DNA of 64,000 nucleotides, taken from positions 229-64,228 of the forward strand of contig JBAXXU010000003.1 in assembly GCA_037127735.1 (NCBI GenBank). The letters run 5' to 3'. Origin of the DNA: Bacteroidota bacterium (GTDB lineage Bacteria; Bacteroidota; Bacteroidia; Bacteroidales; VadinHA17). Both the position numbers and the translations under genes were made by a program. Under the pieces are notes generated by a model. The model saw nothing but the letters and a program-made list of their open reading frames with translations, was not told the origin of the DNA and did not search any database. Within the stretch, counting starts at the first letter, position 1. Every line of letters starts with the position of its first letter. Below, one piece after another: positions 37,283-44,631 of this stretch.

Positions 37283-38020
37283 ATGAAAAAAATTAGTGTT
37301 AAAATGAAGAGTATTTATGCAGGAATGATCTCAATGAAAACTTTCCTGCTTATTAACCTGACTGCTTGTATCCTGTTTGTTTTGGCAACAAGCTTACCGG
37401 CCAATGCTCAGGATAAAAGTGAATGGAGGCAATTATTTAATGGCAAAGACCTTACAGGATGGAAACAGGTTGGTCCCGGAAGTCATTATGTTGAAAGCGG
37501 TTTAATTAAATCAAAAGGAGGAATGGGACTGCTGGTGTGGGAAGGAGAGAAATTCCAGAATTGCATTATCCGGGTAGCTTTCGCCATGCGTGACTCAAAC
37601 AGCAATGCAGGAGTTTTTATACGTATCCCTACCATGCCTACGGAAGAATGGATGCCTGTAAACAAAGGCTATGAAGTACAGATTGATAATGCTCCTGAAA
37701 AATCTAATGAAGATGAATATCATTATACAGGTACACTATATTCGCTTACAAAACCATTGGCTAAAACAGGCAAACCAGGTCCGCAATGGAATACCATGGA
37801 AATCACACTGGATGGAACGCGTACCATTGTTTTCCTGAATGATGTTAAGGTGACAGATTTTAAAGAAGGTGATCCTGTACCTGCCAAGAAGTTTGACTTC
37901 GAGCCTGAACGCGGACCTCGTCCAATTTCCGGATATATGGGTATTCAGAATCATGGTGATAAGGATATAGTATTCTTTAAGGAAGTAGCAGTTAAACCAC
38001 TCAAAACCGTTTCTAAGTAG
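37283..38020 (+). CDS. DUF1080 (3-keto-disaccharide hydrolase family) secreted protein
   Basis: WRQLFNGKDLTGWKQVG ... GIQNHGDKDIVFFKEVAVKPL is the characteristic DUF1080 beta-sandwich signature. A signal peptide is present if translation starts at ATG 37334 (MKTFLLINLTACILFVLA...ANAQD). Confidence 0.8.
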   Translation: MKKISVKMKSIYAGMISMKTFLLINLTACILFVLATSLPANAQDKSEWRQLFNGKDLTGWKQVGPGSHYVESGLIKSKGGMGLLVWEGEKFQNCIIRVAFAMRDSNSNAGVFIRIPTMPTEEWMPVNKGYEVQIDNAPEKSNEDEYHYTGTLYSLTKPLAKTGKPGPQWNTMEITLDGTRTIVFLNDVKVTDFKEGDPVPAKKFDFEPERGPRPISGYMGIQNHGDKDIVFFKEVAVKPLKTVSK

Positions 38021-38059
38021 AATTTAATGTTTGTCTGTTAATATATTAACAATAACATT

Positions 38060-39586
38060 ATGAGAACAATTATTAATAAAAACAGGAAATCATCGGATAT
38101 TTCGAGACGGAATTTTGTGAAAACTGCTGCCTCAGGTGCAGCTGCTTTAACTATCCTTCCAAATTTTACGGTAAGTGGTTTGGGGCATGTTGCTCCAAGC
38201 GACAAACTTCTTATTGCGGCAGTAGGATGTGGTGGTGAAGCAGCTGATGATATCCGTCATTATGCAATTGCGCCAAAGAAAAATGCAGAAATTGCCTTTC
38301 TCTGCGATGTTGATGACAGACAGGCAGCGCCACGGATTAAGCAGTTTCCGAAAGCAAAATTTTATTACGACTGGCGCGAGATGTTCGACAAAGAGAGTAA
38401 AAATTTTGATGCTGTTTCAGTTGCTATCCCTGACCATAATCACGCCATTGTGGGTCTAAGTGCAATGCAGCTTAAAAAGCATCTTTATCTTCAGAAACCT
38501 CTTACCCATGATATTTATGAAGCACGTATTCTTACAGAGGCTTCGGAAAAATATAAAGTTGTTACCCAGATGGGCGATCAGGGCGCCTCATGCAACGGGA
38601 TGCGCACTTTAAGGGAGTGGATCGAAGCGGACGTGTTAGGTGAAATTGAGAAGGTGTTTTGCTGGACCGACAGGCCCGTGTGGCCTCAGGGAATTCAATG
38701 GCCTGAAACACATCCTGCCATACCAAAAGAACTCAATTGGGATCTATGGTTAGGAACAGCTGTAGAAACTGACTATATTGATAACCTGGTTCCTTTTAAC
38801 TGGCGGGGCTGGTGGCAATTTGGGACAGGAGCGCTCGGTGATATGGGGTGTCACATAATAGGACCACCGTTTAAATTATTAAATCTTGGTTATCCGACTG
38901 AGGTCTCTTGCAGTGCAAGCACTGTTTATAAGGGTATATTTATTGAAGGGCTTTACCCTGAAAGCGGGCCGGTATCGAGTTCAATCCGTTTTAAATATAA
39001 GTTAAAGAATGGAAAAGATCTGGATCTGCACTGGATGGATGGTGGAATAACCCCGGAACGTCCTTATGAGATTGATCCTGATGTAAATATGAATGATATA
39101 ATGGCTGATTGGCCTGGACTAAATGATTATGAAGGTGGCACATTATTTATAGGTACCAAAGGTAAAGCTGCCTGTGGCTGGGGTGGACGTAATCCAATAC
39201 TTTTACCACTTTCCAGAAATAAAGAGATAAGTGTCCCGCAAAAATATCCCCGTATAGCCGGAGATATGGATGGTCATTGGTGGCAATGGATAGATTCCTG
39301 CATTGCAGGTTATGGGAATGCTGAAGTTGATTCACCTTTTGCAGGATATGCCGGTCCGCTTACTGAAACAGTTCTGATGGGTAACTTGCTATTGAGAAGC
39401 TTCAATATACGTGAAAAAATAAAGAGGAAGGACCCTGTTTATGGTGAAATGGAAGGCTACACTTTTCCTGGTCGTTATATCAGTTATAAATGGGATGGGG
39501 CAAATATGAGAATAACAAATTTCGAACAAGCCAACCAGTTTGTAAAAAGAGAGTACAGGAAAGGCTGGGGAGAATTGAAACTCTGA
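38060..39586 (+). CDS. Gfo/Idh/MocA-family oxidoreductase, TAT-exported
   Basis: Twin-arginine signal SRRNFVKTAASGAAALTIL; Rossmann AAVGCGGEA; LQKPLTH (EKP-equivalent). Confidence 0.85.
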   Translation: MRTIINKNRKSSDISRRNFVKTAASGAAALTILPNFTVSGLGHVAPSDKLLIAAVGCGGEAADDIRHYAIAPKKNAEIAFLCDVDDRQAAPRIKQFPKAKFYYDWREMFDKESKNFDAVSVAIPDHNHAIVGLSAMQLKKHLYLQKPLTHDIYEARILTEASEKYKVVTQMGDQGASCNGMRTLREWIEADVLGEIEKVFCWTDRPVWPQGIQWPETHPAIPKELNWDLWLGTAVETDYIDNLVPFNWRGWWQFGTGALGDMGCHIIGPPFKLLNLGYPTEVSCSASTVYKGIFIEGLYPESGPVSSSIRFKYKLKNGKDLDLHWMDGGITPERPYEIDPDVNMNDIMADWPGLNDYEGGTLFIGTKGKAACGWGGRNPILLPLSRNKEISVPQKYPRIAGDMDGHWWQWIDSCIAGYGNAEVDSPFAGYAGPLTETVLMGNLLLRSFNIREKIKRKDPVYGEMEGYTFPGRYISYKWDGANMRITNFEQANQFVKREYRKGWGELKL

Positions 39587-39588
39587 AG

Positions 39589-39738
39589 AATTTCTCGCAG
39601 AGTCGCAGAGGCGCAAAGAAAAACTTGGCGACTTTGCGTCTTTGCGTGAAAAAGACGTATGAAGAACTATTGCAATTTCTCGCAGAGTTGCAGAGGTGCA
39701 AAGAATGACTTAGCGACTTTGCGTCTTTGCGTGAAAAT
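39589..39738. repeat. Two tandem copies (period 85 bp) of an imperfect-hairpin intergenic repeat
   Basis: Copy 1 (39589-39653): aatttctcgcagagtcgcagaggcgcaaagaaaaacttggcgactttgcgtctttgcgtgaaaaa. Copy 2 (39674-39738): aatttctcgcagagttgcagaggtgcaaagaatgacttagcgactttgcgtctttgcgtgaaaat. The CGCAAAG and CTTTGCG arms can pair. Confidence 0.9.
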
Positions 39739-39774
39739 ACCAGACTGGAAGAGTAGCACATTAATCAATTAAAA

Positions 39775-40497
39775 ATGAAACAGGTAATCTATAACGACTA
39801 TGATGAGTTGTCAGAAAAAACTGCAGAAATGATATCTGCACTGATAAATGATAAACCAGATGCTTTACTCTGTTTTGCAGCCGGAGAAACTTCGGTGGGA
39901 ACCTATAATCATCTGGTTGAACTAAATAAATCCGGAAAAGTAAGTTTTAAACATTGCAAAATTGTCGGACTTGACGAATGGGCAAATCTTGGTGAGATGA
40001 AGAGTGAAAACTGTTTCTCCTTTTTGAAAAAACATCTCTTCGATCATATTGACTATTCTGAAGAGAATCTCTGTTTTTTTAATGGAGAATCGAGTGACCT
40101 TAAGGCCGAATGTGTTAAGACTGACGATTTTATAAGGAAATATGGCCCTGTTGATATGATGCTTCTGGGAGCGGGAATGAATGGACATCTCGGTTTAAAC
40201 GAACCGGGAACCTCTTTCGATCTCTACTCTCACATTGTTAACCTTGATGAAACTACAAAAATTGTGGGCCAGAAATACTTCTCGGGTAAAATAAACCTTA
40301 CTTCAGGTATTACTTTGGGAATAAGATATGTCATGGAAGCCAGGACGGTAATTTTACAATTGAACGGAGATAGAAAGGCTGAGGTTACAAGACGTTTAAT
40401 TGACAGTGAAATATCCCCGGCGTTTCCTGCTTCAGCAATAAAGTCGCATTTGAATTCTTTTTTGCTTATTGATAAGGAAGCCGGTAAATATCTCTAA
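39775..40497 (+). CDS. NagB-like glucosamine-6-phosphate deaminase/isomerase-fold protein
   Basis: LCFAAGETSVGTY, GLDEWANL and GAGMNGHLGLNEPG motifs. Confidence 0.75.
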   Translation: MKQVIYNDYDELSEKTAEMISALINDKPDALLCFAAGETSVGTYNHLVELNKSGKVSFKHCKIVGLDEWANLGEMKSENCFSFLKKHLFDHIDYSEENLCFFNGESSDLKAECVKTDDFIRKYGPVDMMLLGAGMNGHLGLNEPGTSFDLYSHIVNLDETTKIVGQKYFSGKINLTSGITLGIRYVMEARTVILQLNGDRKAEVTRRLIDSEISPAFPASAIKSHLNSFLLIDKEAGKYL

Positions 40498-41629
40498 ACG
40501 GGTAGATGTGAAGAAAAGAATCATTGATGCCATACCTGGAATAGTATTGCAGCTTGAACAAAATGAATTTGCTGATATCAGCGCTTTTCTTGGTTTTGAT
40601 GCCTGTATTGATAATATTGTCAGGGTAGTAAAAGATAAAAATGAAAATGACGAACACGGCTTTTACATCAACAGCCGTCAGTTTGGTGAGTTTCTGATCA
40701 GTAAGGAACATAAAAGCTGCGGAATTGAATTACATACCGATCTGTCAAAAATAGGAGGAAATATGGTTATTACAGGGAATGCCCTGGGTAACCTGGGTGT
40801 GAGGGCTGATTGTGTCGGCACTTTTGGCCTTCCGGAGATATTACCTGTTTTTAAGTCAATCTCTGCTAACTGCACTCTCCATACTGTCGGGGAAACTATT
40901 TCAGCTACTGCGCTTGAGTTCAATGATTCAAAATTTATTCTTTTTGATCCCGGTCCCTATAATAATCTGAATTGGGAAGGAATTAAAACTATTTTAGGTA
41001 TCGAAAAGATTAAGGAACTATTCTCAGGCAAACAGCTGATTTCATTTCTTAACTGGAGCGAAATTCAAAACTCATCCCAGATATGGCATGGAATTCTTGA
41101 AGAGATTATTCCTTCAATAAATTCATCATCAAGGGCAAAATACTTTTTTACCGACTTTTCAGATTGTTCACGTAAAACAAAAGATGAGATAAAGTCAGCG
41201 ATTGACCTCCTGGGAAGATTCAGGAAATATTTCAAAGTGATTATCAGCCTGAACCAGAATGAGGCAGACCTGGTTGCAGGAGCTTTTGAAATTTGTGGCT
41301 CTGATTCCGATGTAGAATTTGTTGAAATGCTTTTCCGTGTAATTAAGGCAGATATATTGATTATTCACAGGCCGAAAGATGCTATAGCTTTTGATGGAGT
41401 AGTTTTTGAAAAGTGTGATACTTTCTTTTGTGAAGAACCAAAAATACTGACAGGTGGAGGAGATAACTTCAATGCAGGCTTCTGCTATTCCCTTTTTCTG
41501 GAATTTAATCTATTTCAATCATTAATTGTAGCTAATGCTGTTTCAGGAGCTTACGTGAAAACCGGAATCAGTCCCGGGATAAATAATTTAATAGATTTCT
41601 TACAACAAAATTCCAAAGCCATTGATTAA
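40469..41629 (+). CDS. Ribokinase-superfamily sugar kinase (PfkB-like or ADP-dependent-kinase-like)
   Basis: GGNMVITGNALGNLG near the N-terminus and TGGGDNFNAGF near the C-terminus (anion hole/catalytic Asp motif). The start is uncertain: the TTG at 40469 overlaps the upstream gene, and the in-frame GTG at 40508 is an alternative. Confidence 0.7.
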   Translation: MIRKPVNISKRVDVKKRIIDAIPGIVLQLEQNEFADISAFLGFDACIDNIVRVVKDKNENDEHGFYINSRQFGEFLISKEHKSCGIELHTDLSKIGGNMVITGNALGNLGVRADCVGTFGLPEILPVFKSISANCTLHTVGETISATALEFNDSKFILFDPGPYNNLNWEGIKTILGIEKIKELFSGKQLISFLNWSEIQNSSQIWHGILEEIIPSINSSSRAKYFFTDFSDCSRKTKDEIKSAIDLLGRFRKYFKVIISLNQNEADLVAGAFEICGSDSDVEFVEMLFRVIKADILIIHRPKDAIAFDGVVFEKCDTFFCEEPKILTGGGDNFNAGFCYSLFLEFNLFQSLIVANAVSGAYVKTGISPGINNLIDFLQQNSKAID

Positions 41630-41654
41630 TAATTCTTACCTTCGTGTTACTTGG

Positions 41655-41740
41655 TGTATTACTTTGTGACCCTTTGTGTTTCAATGTTTTATACTTAAAC
41701 ACAAAGAACTCTAAGGACTTCACAAAGGTACTCAAAGGAA
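41655..41740. repeat. Nested inverted CACAAAG/CTTTGTG repeat element between convergent genes
   Basis: Inner hairpin: ctttgtgttt (41672-41681) / aaacacaaag (41697-41706), a 10-bp stem with a 15-nt loop. Outer arms: tactttgtga and tcacaaaggta. No T-run follows on either strand, so this is not a canonical terminator. Confidence 0.8.
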
Positions 41741-41779
41741 TTTATCAAAACCCCCACAGGGAAAGGGTTCAGAAAGAGT

Positions 41780-44605
41780 TTAAAAAACAACATTTGCACC
41801 AAAAGTTACCGACCTGGTTCTGGGCCATGTATTCCTTCTGTCGATACCAGGTACAAGGGGACTTCCATAAGTGCCCAGATTCTCATTATCTACATATCTT
41901 GGATTCGGATCAGAACCTTTATACCCGGTGATATAGAATAGATTGTTACCGCCAAGGTACATCCTGATCTTACTGAATTGCGAACTTTCAGGTAAACTGA
42001 AGTTGTAGCCTAAGCTTATATTATCAAGAGAGATAAATGAAGCTCTTTCAATATCAATACTTGTCAAAACACCTGAAGTGTTGCTCAATAGAGTCCCGGT
42101 TGCCTTATTTCTCCTATCTGCCGTTGTTTCTGGCACATTATAATACATTATATGACTTGGTACTTCATAAAATGCACGGTAAGAATTGAGCAGCTCATGT
42201 CCGGATATACCACGAAAAAAGATGTTCAGATCCCAATTTTTATAAGTAAACTCATTGTCTAATCCAATCAGATAATCGGGTAATCCGTTTCCAACTACTG
42301 TCCGGTCATAATCATTTATCATTCCATCACCGTTTTGATCTGCCAAAATAATACGCCCGGTTTCATCAATTCCGTTATCAACATATGCAACCAAATTGCC
42401 TATTGGTTTGCCTTCTTCTGATAATATCAATGGTGAGCAACACCCCGCGGGAGAACCCAGGTCTCCCAGTTCCATTTTACCGTACTTCAACACAGTTCCA
42501 TTATAATTGCCGGAGAGGGAAACAAGCGTGTTCTTAAGATTGTGGGAACGTGTAAGGGTTACGCTATATGAGAAGTCTGACTTTTTGACAACATTGTAGT
42601 TAAGTGTCAGCTCTAAACCACTGCTTTTTATTTTCCCAATGTTCATCCATACATTATCATAATAATAATAATAATAATATTGAGACTGTAAGTCAGGAAT
42701 ATAATATTGATATATCAAATCTGATGCTGTTCGTGTATAATAATCAAATGATCCGGATAACTTGCTTTTTAAGATTGAAAAATCAAATCCGATATCAAAT
42801 TCACCTTGCTTTTCCCATTTAAGATCCGGGTTTGCATTATTGACCATTGTATAGGAAGGACTAAAATTTCCGTTATAGTAGTTAGTCCCCGAAGGAACCA
42901 TTCGTTGTAATGACTTATAACTTTCGCCTGGCTGGTTCCCGGTAACACCATAATCAGTCCGCAATTTGAAGTTGTCAATATATTTGATATTCAATACTTT
43001 AGCAAAATCCATTCCTGCACCAATAGCCGGGAAAATTCCCCATTTATTGTTTGCACCAAACCTCGATGAACCTTCATATCTCGCGCTGGCAGTAACAAAC
43101 CACATACTGTTGATATTCAGGTTTACACGTCCGAAAAATGCAATAAGTTTGTTTGAGTTTTTATAGCTGGTAATAGTACCCTTCCCATTCTTGAAATCAA
43201 GGGCAGCGCTGAGATTATTGTACGTAAAATTATCAATAAGGAAGTCACCTCCCTGTACATAGAAACCCTCATTTGTAAAATCCTGGTATGAATAACCGCC
43301 CAATACGGTTATATTCATTGAAGAACTTATATCATTATTGAAATGAACAGTAGATTCAAAGAGCCTGTTTGTAGAGATATCTTCCTGTCTTGACGCTAAT
43401 CCATTTCTGTTCATTCCGCCCCAAAAATCGTTCTTGTCAAGATACTCACCTGCTAATGTGCCAATATTCTGAACAGCATAGAATGCATCAACCTTCAGCC
43501 CTTTTAAAATTTCATAAGTACCTTTCAGTGAAAGATTCAATATTCTGTTCCTACCTTCATTTTTATTCAAATCGAGGATTGAAACCGGGTTATAATAGTC
43601 GAATAATATCTGCTGAAAATAACCATCATACTTTTCAAACTGTGTTTCAGGGCTTCTGACAGGAGTTGTTGGATTTGAGATTGCTGCATATCTGAATGCT
43701 TCAGCAAAACCGTATTGTGACTCCCTTTCTGTTGCAGCGAGATTCAGATCGAGGGTAAGTTTGTCGTTTAATGCTTTCTGTGAGAGATTTATCCTTCCAT
43801 TAAGCTGAGTGTATCCTGTTTTAATCTCGACACCTTCACCCTGACGGTAGTTGACTGATGCCCTGTAACTTGTCTTATCAGTCCCTCCTGACATAGATAG
43901 ATTATGCACCTGTGACATGGCCGTCTGTTCAATTTCCTTAAACCAGTTAGTATTAGTTCCAAAGTCTGTTCCATAACCTGTTTCTTTTGACAATGCCCGC
44001 CATTCTGAAGCATTCATCATTGGTGTATTCCTGGCAACCATTTCAGCAGTTGTATAAACATTGTAGTCGATTACGATGGCGCCTTGTTTCCCCTTCTTCG
44101 TTGTCACAAGAATAACCCCATTCGACCCTCTTGTTCCATAGATTGCTGTAGCAGAACCATCTTTTAACACTGTTATTGACTCAATATCGTTTGGATCAAC
44201 ATTATCGAAAGATGCATCGCTCATGCCATTTATTATTACAAGAGGCTGGGTATTAGATTTAATCGTGTTCAAACCCCTTAAACGTAAATAGTATGAACCA
44301 TTCGGATCGCCTCCTGGTTTATTGATATCCAGTCCTGCTATTTTACCCTGTATCAATTGTACGGGAGTGTTAATATTACCCTTGTTGAATTTATCGTAAG
44401 TAATACTTGATATTGAATTTATGACTTCTCTTTTCTTCTGGTTACCATAACCGATATTTACTAATGCATCCCCTGCACTCGTTGAAGGTACAGTATCACT
44501 AACCATCTTTAGCTGGGAGAAGGTAAAGCCGATTGCGAAGAAAGCGAGAAGAAAGGCTGAAATGCTTCTCCTCCATATCATTGCTGAATTAAGCATGGAT
44601 ACCAT
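41780..44605 (-). CDS. SusC/RagA-family TonB-dependent outer-membrane transporter paralogue (no CarboxypepD_reg-like domain, no adjacent SusD)
   Basis: Plug motifs (VLKDGSATAIYGTRGSNGVILVTTKKG) and the C-terminal TFGANVVF. By eye it is roughly two-thirds identical to 57482..60487. It lacks the ~70-aa N-terminal domain of that paralogue. Confidence 0.9.
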   Translation of the reverse strand: MVSMLNSAMIWRRSISAFLLAFFAIGFTFSQLKMVSDTVPSTSAGDALVNIGYGNQKKREVINSISSITYDKFNKGNINTPVQLIQGKIAGLDINKPGGDPNGSYYLRLRGLNTIKSNTQPLVIINGMSDASFDNVDPNDIESITVLKDGSATAIYGTRGSNGVILVTTKKGKQGAIVIDYNVYTTAEMVARNTPMMNASEWRALSKETGYGTDFGTNTNWFKEIEQTAMSQVHNLSMSGGTDKTSYRASVNYRQGEGVEIKTGYTQLNGRINLSQKALNDKLTLDLNLAATERESQYGFAEAFRYAAISNPTTPVRSPETQFEKYDGYFQQILFDYYNPVSILDLNKNEGRNRILNLSLKGTYEILKGLKVDAFYAVQNIGTLAGEYLDKNDFWGGMNRNGLASRQEDISTNRLFESTVHFNNDISSSMNITVLGGYSYQDFTNEGFYVQGGDFLIDNFTYNNLSAALDFKNGKGTITSYKNSNKLIAFFGRVNLNINSMWFVTASARYEGSSRFGANNKWGIFPAIGAGMDFAKVLNIKYIDNFKLRTDYGVTGNQPGESYKSLQRMVPSGTNYYNGNFSPSYTMVNNANPDLKWEKQGEFDIGFDFSILKSKLSGSFDYYTRTASDLIYQYYIPDLQSQYYYYYYYDNVWMNIGKIKSSGLELTLNYNVVKKSDFSYSVTLTRSHNLKNTLVSLSGNYNGTVLKYGKMELGDLGSPAGCCSPLILSEEGKPIGNLVAYVDNGIDETGRIILADQNGDGMINDYDRTVVGNGLPDYLIGLDNEFTYKNWDLNIFFRGISGHELLNSYRAFYEVPSHIMYYNVPETTADRRNKATGTLLSNTSGVLTSIDIERASFISLDNISLGYNFSLPESSQFSKIRMYLGGNNLFYITGYKGSDPNPRYVDNENLGTYGSPLVPGIDRRNTWPRTRSVTFGANVVF
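42659..42679 (-). repeat. (TAT)7 trinucleotide microsatellite encoding a Tyr7 run inside the SusC paralogue
   Basis: The plus strand reads (ATA)7. It is translated on the minus strand as QSQYYYYYYYDNVW. The paralogue has PPNLYNQAW at the aligned position. Confidence 0.95.
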
Positions 44606-44631
44606 TTCATAGATATTATATTGAACTAAAG

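Noticed and set aside
39480-39761. ORFs 39490..39708 (+, 72 aa) and 39480..39761 (-, 93 aa) as small protein genes.
   Set aside because: Both are read-throughs of the tandem 85-bp hairpin repeat (LCVKK.../LCNSARN... low-complexity products). They overlap the end of a real gene and lack independent support.
41672-41706. Calling the 10-bp-stem hairpin a canonical rho-independent terminator.
   Set aside because: No U/T-run follows the stem on either strand. It is reported as a repeat or hairpin with possible barrier function instead.
41644-41931. ORF 41644..41931 (+, 95 aa) as a gene.
   Set aside because: It spans the CACAAAG repeat element and then runs antisense into the 3' end of the SusC paralogue. 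It is most likely a shadow ORF.
43100-43240. Recent gene conversion between the two SusC paralogues, suggested by a ~36-aa block that is 100% identical (compare 58790-58920).
   Set aside because: The underlying nucleotides differ at many synonymous positions. The identity therefore reflects purifying selection on a conserved motif, not a recent conversion tract.
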